From: Candidatus Thorarchaeota archaeon
GTDB lineage: Archaea > Asgardarchaeota > Thorarchaeia > Thorarchaeales > Thorarchaeaceae
NCBI GenBank assembly: GCA_003345595.1
Contig: PRDI01000122.1
Span: 1 to 30,531 of the forward strand
DNA: 30,531 bases
Direction: 5' to 3'
The position numbers and the translations under genes were made by a program. A model generated the notes under the pieces. It did not search any database. It was given only the letters and a program-made list of their open reading frames with translations, and was not told the DNA's origin. Numbering within the stretch: the stretch's first letter is position 1; the number at the start of each line of letters is the position of its first letter. Of this stretch, positions 18,474-26,697 are shown piece by piece.

Positions 18474-18509
18474 TAAGAAAAAGGAGCTGGGAGGTGTTGT
18501 TCCTCCCAG
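18474..18509 (-). terminator. Hairpin plus T-tract terminator after the acidic surface protein gene
   Basis: CTGGGAGG (18487-18494) and CCTCCCAG (18502-18509) form a perfect 8-bp stem with a 7-nt loop, followed on the minus strand by CTCCTTTTTCTT. Confidence 0.65.
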
Positions 18510-18514
18510 TCGAT

Positions 18515-19831
18515 TCATGCTCGTCGCTTCGATGCTATGACCACTACGATGGCAACAGCGGCAACCGCTCCTACACCCAGTAGGAGTACATTGGACAGCC
18601 ATGGGGTTCCAGAGTCAACTGGTGAGTGTCCCTCGTACACACCCATTGAAGGATCGTGCACTAGTGACCCGCCATCAAAGTTAGGGTACGCGAAGAACAG
18701 CAAGAGTGCCTCACCATTTGTCCAGAAGGATGCACCCACGTCGACGGCAATCTCTGAGCCATTGTTCAGGGTCATTACAGCCTTGTCTACCCATCGATAG
18801 AATCCACGAGTCACGTTCGTCGAACCGTCGACTAGTGACAGACCCTGACTGTCGTCATCCTCAACGTCGTGGAACTTCTCACCAACCTCAGTTCCGTTTC
18901 CGGAGTCGTCCTCGGACTCGATCTCTTCCTCGATGTCATCCTCGTGGAGCCTGAACCGGTAGTTGTATTCGCTGCTAGAGGCCACATCCTCTCTGATGTA
19001 GTTGAGTATAGCTATCTTGGATGCACCAGACTGGAATGGGAAGTTGCCTATCTCGATGTCCACTTTCAGCTCGACACCACCAAAGACTGTGTAATTGGCC
19101 TTGACACCCTCATCATCAGTGACGTTACCAGTGTAGTCCTTCATGTAGATGTGAGCGTAGAACTGAAGGGTCATGTCTTGGAACCTTGTGAAGTTGCCTT
19201 GATGCTCATCCTCGTCATCAGCAAGACTCAGCGATTCATTGTCATCTTCGCCAGGTCCCTCATAACCGGGCATCCAGTCCTCGAACCAATCATCGTCCCA
19301 GCCATCCTGTTTCAGTCCACCCTTGGTGTATGAAGCATAGACCTCTTCATTCTGGCCCAGTTGGTTCTTCACAACACCAGTCTGTAGAGTCCACTCGAAC
19401 GCCTCTAGCGGTACGAACCCCAGTGTTTCATTGGGTTGATAGACGCCATCGCCGTTGAGATCATCAAACTCAACGATCATCTTGTAGCTCACCATGAAGC
19501 GTCCTCTCGAACCATTGCCATCTGCAGTATACCAGAACTGATACGTAGGCGTTTCGGGGTCCAGTTTCACAGTCATGATGTCGGTCTGAATCCAAGCCGT
19601 GCCGTCAGAATCTCTTTCCTCATGAGGTTCATCTTCGGATTCATCGTCGTCCGTGGTCGTGGTGGTTTCGTCGTCCTCTGTGATCGTAGTCGTTGTAGTG
19701 TCATCGTCATCGGTGCCACGTGCCGGGCTATCGGCTCGGGCCGTGACAAACGAAGCTGACGTGACCAAGAGGAGAACCGCCCCCAGTACGAGGGCACTTC
19801 TGATCATATCGGTGGTTCGCATTTGATTCAC
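18515..19831 (-). CDS. Acidic membrane-anchored surface protein (hypothetical)
   Basis: Signal peptide, D/E/T-rich N-terminal region, DLNGDG calcium-loop-like motif and beta-rich body. It ends YPNFDGGSLVHDP, then a TM and a KRRA tail. GTG 19831 has a GGGAGGA RBS; ATG 19822 is an alternative. Confidence 0.8.
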   Translation of the reverse strand: MNQMRTTDMIRSALVLGAVLLLVTSASFVTARADSPARGTDDDDTTTTTITEDDETTTTTDDDESEDEPHEERDSDGTAWIQTDIMTVKLDPETPTYQFWYTADGNGSRGRFMVSYKMIVEFDDLNGDGVYQPNETLGFVPLEAFEWTLQTGVVKNQLGQNEEVYASYTKGGLKQDGWDDDWFEDWMPGYEGPGEDDNESLSLADDEDEHQGNFTRFQDMTLQFYAHIYMKDYTGNVTDDEGVKANYTVFGGVELKVDIEIGNFPFQSGASKIAILNYIREDVASSSEYNYRFRLHEDDIEEEIESEDDSGNGTEVGEKFHDVEDDDSQGLSLVDGSTNVTRGFYRWVDKAVMTLNNGSEIAVDVGASFWTNGEALLLFFAYPNFDGGSLVHDPSMGVYEGHSPVDSGTPWLSNVLLLGVGAVAAVAIVVVIASKRRA

Positions 19832-19852
19832 CTGGAATCCTCCCTTCCTGAG

Positions 19853-19951
19853 TATTAATAACGAAAATGGAAAAGACCGACTGAAACAACACCTATTATT
19901 CCCCCATATGGGGCAAGACACTTGATGAGAGTTCAAAAGAGTTCAGTCGGT
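19853..19951 (-). promoter_or_regulatory. Promoter region with a TATA-like box, a palindrome and repeats
   Basis: TTATTAATA (about 19853-19861), palindrome CCCCATATGGGG (19902-19913), direct repeat AGAGTTCA (19928 and 19938) and inverted repeat ACCGACTGAA/TTCAGTCGGT (19876-19885 and 19942-19951). Confidence 0.45.
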
Positions 19952-20153
19952 GTTCCTAGCCCTTATCGTTCGTATCGGCATCAATGGAGTCTTCGAGGTG
20001 AATGAAACCTAGCATGTCCTGCTCCATACCTGACAGACTATCGTGCCTTCTAACCTGAAATCATCGCAGCGCCTCACATGGCGGCCATTCCACTAGCGAT
20101 TTCCGGTCCCGGGGAATGGGTCTTCATAGCGTACTGCGGGTCTGCACTCCAGT

Positions 20154-20696
20154 CTATCGGTTCATGAACCGTGAGTCCACGCGGTTTCTTGAGTCAAGTC
20201 GAATGCCCTCCATCTCAAGGAGCTTCCTTTTCATCTCAAGGCCGCCCTGGAACCCACCTAGCGAGCCATCGGATCTGACTGCTCGATGACAGGGAACCAC
20301 GATTGGGAATGGGTTTCTTGCCAGTGCAGTACCCACAGCTCTCACAGCTCTTGTGCCAATCCTCTTGGCCACCCAAGAGTATGATGCGACTGTTCCCCTC
20401 GGTATCTTTCTCTCTGCCCGGAGTACATCAAGCTGGAAAGAATAACATACGGATGTGTCAACCAGCTCAAAAGGAATCAATATACTATCGCCTCGGAGAA
20501 ACTGCTGAACGAGTGAACACAGCTCGGGAAGAGCACTCTTCATCTCAGATGAACCGGGAAACAGATGTCTGATGCTTTGCTCGATAGACTGCCGAGAGCC
20601 CGGAAGATAAACTCTGACTGCCTTAGGTTCTACGTCCTGTTCATTGAAGACGACTCCTGAGTGTCCCATCTCAGTAAGGAAAAGAGCATACCTCAT
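20154..20696 (-). CDS. ogt: Methylated-DNA--protein-cysteine methyltransferase (MGMT/Ogt)
   Basis: Motifs IPRGTVASY, RAVGTALARNP.PIVVPCHRAV, LGGFQGG and KRKLLEMEG. Confidence 0.95.
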   Translation of the reverse strand: MRYALFLTEMGHSGVVFNEQDVEPKAVRVYLPGSRQSIEQSIRHLFPGSSEMKSALPELCSLVQQFLRGDSILIPFELVDTSVCYSFQLDVLRAERKIPRGTVASYSWVAKRIGTRAVRAVGTALARNPFPIVVPCHRAVRSDGSLGGFQGGLEMKRKLLEMEGIRLDSRNRVDSRFMNR

Positions 20697-20730
20697 GCGG
20701 GATTACCCCAGAGTTTCTCCTTTCGGCCCC

Positions 20731-21459
20731 CTACATGTAGAACACCCACACGTAGATTATCATGAAGAGAACAGCGGCGACCGCCGACAGGAGTAGTTGC
20801 CATGGGCGGACTTTCGTCGTTGATTCCAAGACTCTTGTATACTTGAATCGGTTGAAGACGATATAGGCGATTGGAAGCGTGACAATCGTTGCTGCGATCT
20901 GATCCACAATCCAATGCTGGCGAACAAGGAGAGTAGAAATCATGATTGCGATGGCAATCGGCCATGAAAGGTAACCATACTGCTTCTTTGCCCTCCAGAG
21001 AGAAAACGCAGCAAGAAGAGAGGTCGACCCATGAAGACTCGGAAAACAGTTGACTTGCACGTCGTGCGCATAGAGTGACTGTATCTGGAGCGAGAAGAAG
21101 TCCGTACCAGAAACCACGCGTTCGGGCCCAAGGACTGGAAAGACTAAGTAGATGGCATATGCGACAACGTTGACAAGGACGTATGCCAACACCATCGCAT
21201 TGCGATACTCTCTATGAACAAATGCAAAGTAGAAGTAGCTGAAGAAGATGAACGAGTAGAAAACATACCAGTAGATGATGATAGCTGGTGGTACCAAAGG
21301 AATAGAGAGGTCAAGCGCCGTTGCCAGTGTGACTGGGGTATGCAGCAGAATCGATAGGGCCGCGACAGGATCGTAGAGCATCGAAACACCAAATATGATG
21401 AGGATGCTCACTACGCCATAGATAACCCAATTATCGCTCTTGATTTCCGATGTGCTCAT
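20731..21459 (-). CDS. PAP2 superfamily membrane phosphoesterase/phosphotransferase (Aur1/IPC-synthase-like)
   Basis: IYLVFPV.GP, C2 motif NCFPSLHGS and C3 motif STLLVRQHWIVD; multi-TM. Confidence 0.88.
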   Translation of the reverse strand: MSTSEIKSDNWVIYGVVSILIIFGVSMLYDPVAALSILLHTPVTLATALDLSIPLVPPAIIIYWYVFYSFIFFSYFYFAFVHREYRNAMVLAYVLVNVVAYAIYLVFPVLGPERVVSGTDFFSLQIQSLYAHDVQVNCFPSLHGSTSLLAAFSLWRAKKQYGYLSWPIAIAIMISTLLVRQHWIVDQIAATIVTLPIAYIVFNRFKYTRVLESTTKVRPWQLLLSAVAAVLFMIIYVWVFYM

Positions 21460-21587
21460 AGCGAATTTCCAAGAGACCCGAGGCTCAAATGCCTTTCCTC
21501 TTTTGGTTTCCGTTATTGCCAGTGAGAAAGACTGAATAATAAAGACCGCCTTGGCAGACCCGCGCTACTTCTAGGCAAGGGACACAT

Positions 21588-22124
21588 ATGACTCAAAGTG
21601 GTCAAGTCAGGATGAAGCGTGACTACCTGCTCTGTAGCGGATGCAGGAGATGCGAGATAGCCTGTTCGCTGTTCCATGACAAGCGTATCTGGCCTGAAGC
21701 ATCAAGAGTCCGCGTCTTCATGTTCATTCCGGGTGTCGAGATACCCCATCTCTGTTTCCAGTGCGACAACCCCAAGTGCGTTGAGGCATGTCCCGAGGGG
21801 GCTCTGTCAGTGGATGGACAGACCGGAGCAATCATAGTGGACAACGGGCTATGCACTGCATGCGGCTCGTGCATTGATGCCTGCCCAGGCCACGTTCCGC
21901 ACCTTCACCCTGATGGAAGTCGTATCGTGATATGTGATCTATGCGGCGGGGACCCAGAGTGTGTCAAGGTGTGTACGGACGGGAAGTGGGATGCACTCAC
22001 GCTTTTACAGCATGATGAGGTGCACCCGAAGGAACAGCAACCAGAAACACCTCAAGAACTGACACATCGGACAGGTATGCTCATCCTTGGGGAACGAACG
22101 CTGAAGGAGGTCTGGGACGAATGA
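21588..22124 (+). CDS. 4x[4Fe-4S] ferredoxin-like subunit (WOR5S-like partner of the tungstoenzyme)
   Basis: Cys motifs CSGCRRCEIAC, CFQCDNPKCVEACP, CTACGSCIDACP and CDLCGGDPECVKVC. It has an ATGA overlap with the downstream AOR-family gene. Confidence 0.93.
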   Translation: MTQSGQVRMKRDYLLCSGCRRCEIACSLFHDKRIWPEASRVRVFMFIPGVEIPHLCFQCDNPKCVEACPEGALSVDGQTGAIIVDNGLCTACGSCIDACPGHVPHLHPDGSRIVICDLCGGDPECVKVCTDGKWDALTLLQHDEVHPKEQQPETPQELTHRTGMLILGERTLKEVWDE

Positions 22125-23992
22125 GAGGATATGCTGGCAAGTACCTAGACATAGATCTTTCTTCTCGTGAGATCAAAGAGAGAAGCTTCCCAGATCGTTT
22201 GCTAAGGGACTATGTTGGCGGCCGAGGCCTAGCCACAAGGATACTCTGGAACAGACTGGGAAAGAGATGGGAGGAAGTAGACCCGCTAGGCCCTGAGAAC
22301 ATCCTGCTGATGCTTACGGGGCCTCTGACAGGTTACTTCCCAGGTACGAAGATTTGCGTTTCCGGGAAGTCGCCCCAGTGTAATGGTGTTGTTGGCTCAA
22401 CTATTGCAGGTGAGTTTGGCGCAGATCTGAAGTGTGCGGGCTGTGACGGGCTCATAATCAGCGGACGGGCAGAGAAACCATGTTACATAATGGTCCTCGA
22501 CGACCAAGTCGAGATCAAAGACGCCTCACCCATCTGGGGCAGACAGGCAAGGGAAACCTTCCGTTATCTGAACAAGAGGTCAATCGACGAGATTAAAGCG
22601 AAGCGACCAACGTACGGGGAAGTAAAGGACCCTTCAATACTCTACATAGGACCCGCGGGAGAAAACGCGACTAGAGTGGCAGTGGTGCTAGCCAAATACT
22701 CTCATGCCGCTGGCTATGGCGGATATGGTGGGGTGATGGGCTCCAAGAATCTCAAGGCAGTTGTTGCAAAGGGCTTCGGGCCCCTTCCGGAGGTAGACGA
22801 CCCGGAGTCAATGGCCGCAATGCACAAGAGCATGTCAGCGAAGGCGTATGAGAGAGAGCAGTGGAGACGGTGGGGGACCGGAGGCGGTGGGTACTACTTC
22901 GGTGCTGGGAGCAGTTCAGAACCGATAAGGAACTGGCAGGAAGAATGGCATGATAATGAGGCCTACAGCGGAGATGAGTTTGACAAGTTCTGGGTGAAGA
23001 AGTACTGGGGCGACTTTGGTTGTCCTGTGACCTGTCTCAAGCTGGCTGTACTGAGAAGTGGGAAATACGATGGGACAATCTGTGACAACCCGGACTACGA
23101 ACTGCAGGCTTTTGAAGGAACGAACCTAGGCATCTTCGATCCCGAAACGAACATTCACTTTGCCCAACTCATCAACGAGGCAGGTCTCTGTGGTATCCAA
23201 GGCGGGGCGGTCCTCGGTCTTGCAGGGGAGCTCTATCAGAGAGGGATCCTAACAAGTGACGACCTTCAAGGCATAGATCTCAGGTGGGGCAACGTGGAAG
23301 CGTTCGAAAGATTGCTGCGCCTAGTAGTCAAACGTGAGGCGATTGGTGATGTCTTGGCGCAGGGGGTCTATCGAGCTGCGCGGGAGATTGGCAGGAGGAA
23401 GGGAGTCGATCTTACGAACTATGTCGTACAAGAGAAAGGCATGGCAATCGGGGGTCATGGTATCCGGAGTGGAAAGGACTACATATCGAATCCTATCGGA
23501 TTCGCCTGCTCAACACAAGGAGGCGACCACGGTTCTGCAGCTCGCTTTCCGCCGGTGGGTGACTTCGGGGAGCTGTCCGCTATTCTGCATGATTCCGCAG
23601 TCTACTGTGCATTCGCCAAGAGCGTTGACAATGACGAGATATTTCAGTTCTATACAGCCATCACGGGATGGGAACAGACCTCCGAAGAGTGGTACAACAA
23701 GAAGGCCCTGAGAATACTTCAGCTACAAAGAGCAATGCTCTTGCTTGGGGGCCCTGATGTCAATTGGAAGCCCAAGATCGATGACGACAACCCGCCAAGA
23801 TTCTGGGAACCTCTGCCGTCCGGGCCTTATGCCGGCAAGACCCTGAACAGGGTGTCCTTCGAAAGGACACGGGCAAGGTACTATCGCGCTGTGGGCTGGG
23901 ATAAGAACGGTGTGCCAACTCCAGAAACACTCACCTCACTCGGTCTGCACAGCGTAGACTCCAAGCTAAAAGAAGCAGGTTTTAGAAAATGA
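22121..23992 (+). CDS. Tungsten-containing aldehyde:ferredoxin oxidoreductase family enzyme, WOR5-type large subunit
   Basis: General AOR motifs GGRGLA, TGPLTG, KSP, IGPAGEN and GVMGSKNLKA. Segments I recognise as WOR5-like are HAAGYGGYG, SSEPIRNWQEE, KKYWGDFGCPVTC, PDYELQA, LLLGGPDV.W and DDDNPPRF.EPLPSGP. Confidence 0.93.
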   Translation: MRGYAGKYLDIDLSSREIKERSFPDRLLRDYVGGRGLATRILWNRLGKRWEEVDPLGPENILLMLTGPLTGYFPGTKICVSGKSPQCNGVVGSTIAGEFGADLKCAGCDGLIISGRAEKPCYIMVLDDQVEIKDASPIWGRQARETFRYLNKRSIDEIKAKRPTYGEVKDPSILYIGPAGENATRVAVVLAKYSHAAGYGGYGGVMGSKNLKAVVAKGFGPLPEVDDPESMAAMHKSMSAKAYEREQWRRWGTGGGGYYFGAGSSSEPIRNWQEEWHDNEAYSGDEFDKFWVKKYWGDFGCPVTCLKLAVLRSGKYDGTICDNPDYELQAFEGTNLGIFDPETNIHFAQLINEAGLCGIQGGAVLGLAGELYQRGILTSDDLQGIDLRWGNVEAFERLLRLVVKREAIGDVLAQGVYRAAREIGRRKGVDLTNYVVQEKGMAIGGHGIRSGKDYISNPIGFACSTQGGDHGSAARFPPVGDFGELSAILHDSAVYCAFAKSVDNDEIFQFYTAITGWEQTSEEWYNKKALRILQLQRAMLLLGGPDVNWKPKIDDDNPPRFWEPLPSGPYAGKTLNRVSFERTRARYYRAVGWDKNGVPTPETLTSLGLHSVDSKLKEAGFRK

Positions 23993-23995
23993 AAC

Positions 23996-24018
23996 GAGAG
24001 GGCCTCAAGAGCCCTCTC
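23996..24018. terminator. Hairpin between convergent genes (possibly a bidirectional terminator)
   Basis: GAGAGGGC (23996-24003) and GCCCTCTC (24011-24018) form a perfect 8-bp stem with a 7-nt loop. The T-rich GTTTCATTTTCT follows on the minus strand. Confidence 0.6.
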
Positions 24019-24039
24019 CGACTGTAATCTACAGAGAAT

Positions 24040-25386
24040 TTAGCGTTTTCTCGCAACGGCGGCCAAGGCAACAACCCCAATCACAACGGCTGCCACAACT
24101 ATGATTCCGCCACCACCGGTCTGGCTGGTGATAACGTTGGTGTATGCAACATAGACGGGGTCTTGCTGCACCCGCAGTCCGTTCCATTCAGGGAAAGTCA
24201 CCGCGTACCACCACTGGCTGTTGTGAAATGCAGTTCCGACATGATTGACCATGTCCTGAACGCTAGAGTAGGTCGTTCGCAGCTGGGCAGAAAGGCCGTA
24301 GGCCATGTGTGCAAATAGGAATGCAGAGAGTGGAGCCTGCCATGCAATCAGGAGGAAGTCGCTTCCCCTAGCTCCTAGAAGACAGTTCAGAGCGACGTAG
24401 TTGTCGCCTATGAGGTCCCATGGGTCTGTGGATTCGTTATAGAGAGCATAGTTCCTTCCGAGGCCTATGTCAAATGCACGTTCGCTGTCATTTCCAACCC
24501 TGATTGTTATGTTATCAGGCAGCGGAGTCGTTGCAGTAGGCGGCACTATTCGATTACCGTCTGAACTCCTCGTAACGTTGTACTTGCTGGTAAACACGGC
24601 TAGGTAGTGGACTGCGCTTATCTCCATCGAGGGCAGAATGATCGCTGATGGGTCTACCTCGATGTTCAATACACGCGCACGAGTCACCTGGCCAATTGTG
24701 TAGAGCGTTTCCGTACTGATAGCGCCATCTGCAGCTATCGTGATGTCATACTGGATGACTATCTCACTGAAGAGGACAGTCACAAGTGGAAGTAAGAGCG
24801 AAAGCCAGAAACCGCCTTGTGCAGAAACAACTCTTGCGGTCATGTTCGTGTATCGCATCCCAAAGCGGTAATGGTTTGGTCCCACGAGAGTTGCCGGAAT
24901 GGGTTCGACCTTCGCAGTCACGTCGGTCCATGGGCTGTTGGAGGTAACAGGAACTATGTACCACGCGTTTTCATTGCCGACATCAGGGAGATCGTTTGAG
25001 CCGTAGCTCTCGTTGTGTACAAGCAAGAATGCGAAGATTGCACCAATGAAGACCTCCTTGTTCTCCGGAGTCTTGTAGTGCATTCCAAAGAGCTGATACG
25101 GCAGTACGATTCTCTGACCATCTGTTGTGTTGATCTCGTTGAATGCTATCAGGAACGCCTGAAACTCACCAACATGTACGAAGGATGTGGTGAGACTTGC
25201 ATTTGTTCCATCTGCACCCTTTACTATGATTGAGCTGTTTGTCCAGTACTCCTCGCTGAAGGTGTGACCAAAGACTTGCGCTTCGTCGCCGGGGGCATAT
25301 GCCACGACGAACGGCGCGACAGACATTGGTGCCAACAGAACAGCTAGGAGCAATGCTGGAGTTATATTACGCTTGAATGCGTGCAT
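24040..25386 (-). CDS. Membrane-anchored surface glycoprotein (hypothetical)
   Basis: Signal peptide, beta-rich body and many N-x-S/T sequons. It ends FPEWNGLRVQQDPVY, a Gly linker, a TM and RKR. Confidence 0.82.
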   Translation of the reverse strand: MHAFKRNITPALLLAVLLAPMSVAPFVVAYAPGDEAQVFGHTFSEEYWTNSSIIVKGADGTNASLTTSFVHVGEFQAFLIAFNEINTTDGQRIVLPYQLFGMHYKTPENKEVFIGAIFAFLLVHNESYGSNDLPDVGNENAWYIVPVTSNSPWTDVTAKVEPIPATLVGPNHYRFGMRYTNMTARVVSAQGGFWLSLLLPLVTVLFSEIVIQYDITIAADGAISTETLYTIGQVTRARVLNIEVDPSAIILPSMEISAVHYLAVFTSKYNVTRSSDGNRIVPPTATTPLPDNITIRVGNDSERAFDIGLGRNYALYNESTDPWDLIGDNYVALNCLLGARGSDFLLIAWQAPLSAFLFAHMAYGLSAQLRTTYSSVQDMVNHVGTAFHNSQWWYAVTFPEWNGLRVQQDPVYVAYTNVITSQTGGGGIIVVAAVVIGVVALAAVARKR

Positions 25387-25404
25387 GTGTAATAATCAGT
25401 ATTC

Positions 25405-25418
25405 AAATATAATAAAGC
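25405..25418 (-). promoter_or_regulatory. Putative TATA box (leaderless transcript) for 24040..25386
   Basis: TTTATTATA lies on the minus strand about 22-30 nt upstream of ATG 25386. Confidence 0.5.
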
Positions 25419-25669
25419 ATAGTGGATGTATCGTATAGGCGAATCATCCTTCTCCAGTGGTTTCGTCGTTCATACCGGAACCGATTGAGTCTGTCGCTAT
25501 ATCAGCAGCTTCCAGAAGCGACAGCATGAGTCAGGAACCTGAGCGCTCTTCGTTTCCATTAATGATGCTGATGCACATCGATGAATCGGCGATTGTCACA
25601 GACATTCAATCCGGAGTATGTGAGGATTTAAGTGGCGGAAGAACGTTTCCCCGGTTTCGTGTACTACAA

Positions 25670-26026
25670 ATGAACAAACCATTCTATGTGAGACTGTCAT
25701 CAGGTGTCTTGGTAATTCACGGCTCTATTGAACTATTGGCATTATCAATGCTTGTTCTCCCACCTGAACTCATTCCAATATCTCTGTCAGGCGACTTTGT
25801 GTTCTGGTCGTTGATTGGAGGGATGTATGGTGTCCTCAGAATAGTATCCGCCTATACGATTGTCAAAAGGAGAAGGAACGGGATCGTCTTTGGGATTCTT
25901 CTGTCAATAGTGACAGTCGCAGGCGCCCCGAACATCCAGCCCTTTGGCTTGATGGACTTGCCATTGTCCGCAATAGTCCTCTGGGCGCTACTGACACTCT
26001 GGTTCGGCGGCGAGAAAATAGAGTAG
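25670..26026 (+). CDS. Small hypothetical membrane protein (about 4 TM)
   Basis: From MNKPFYVRL the ORF is four hydrophobic segments. The extension back to 25457 does not look coding. Confidence 0.65.
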   Translation: MNKPFYVRLSSGVLVIHGSIELLALSMLVLPPELIPISLSGDFVFWSLIGGMYGVLRIVSAYTIVKRRRNGIVFGILLSIVTVAGAPNIQPFGLMDLPLSAIVLWALLTLWFGGEKIE

Positions 26027-26165
26027 GAGGAAGTCGTCTATCATGATCTGGTCTGCGGTTTCACTGCCGCACCACATTCGTTGACGCCTCTGCCGCGCAG
26101 TCACTCCCGTCCACCGCCATGGCTTGCTCTTTATAGGAGAAGAATGCAGGGTCTGTTCGTGTGAT

Positions 26166-26681
26166 ATGATGGGGAAACACAGTCAGGAACACCTAACGGG
26201 AGAAATGCCGAAGTGCCACCTCTACCAAGGAACGCTGTTCATAGTCTTCATCACGGTCTGGTCTCTTGACTCTTTCGTCTTCAGGCTAACAACTCTCACG
26301 CCCAACATCGTGCTGATTTGGATGAGCGTTCTCTGTGCAATCATTGTCATGATCTTCGCACTGCAACTCATGAACGCCTCGCACAAAGTGCTCTTCGAGA
26401 GTAGCGATATGGGACTCTTTACTACCGGTGCTTTCTCCCGTGTGAGGCACCCGCTGTACCTAGGCACATGCCTCGTGTACTTGTCGCTCGCGATAGGGAC
26501 CTTGTCATTGCTTTCCATAGTGCTATGGGTCGTAGTCTTCTTAGTCTATGACGCGATAGCGAGCTATGAAGAGAGGCTGCTTGAATCCAAGTTCGGAGCA
26601 GAGTATGCAGACTACAGGGCAAGAGTCCGAAAGTGGATACCAATCAGAAAGCGACAAATGAAGCAGGTTGGCACCATCTGA
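26166..26681 (+). CDS. Isoprenylcysteine carboxyl methyltransferase / PEMT family membrane protein
   Basis: LFTTGAFSRVRHPLYLG and EERLLESKFGAEYADYRARVRKWIP motifs. Confidence 0.9.
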   Translation: MMGKHSQEHLTGEMPKCHLYQGTLFIVFITVWSLDSFVFRLTTLTPNIVLIWMSVLCAIIVMIFALQLMNASHKVLFESSDMGLFTTGAFSRVRHPLYLGTCLVYLSLAIGTLSLLSIVLWVVVFLVYDAIASYEERLLESKFGAEYADYRARVRKWIPIRKRQMKQVGTI

Positions 26682-26697
26682 AAGATCCTCTGGCAAG

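Noticed and set aside
18429-18602. Cys-rich N-terminal extension of the HTH regulator ORF (MAVQCTPTGCRSGCRCCHR)
   Set aside because: It overlaps the end of the upstream gene and its terminator hairpin; an alternative-frame artefact, not a metal-binding domain.
19620-19715. TCG/TCA/GTG-rich low-complexity DNA
   Set aside because: It simply encodes the Asp/Glu/Thr-rich N-terminal linker of the surface protein.
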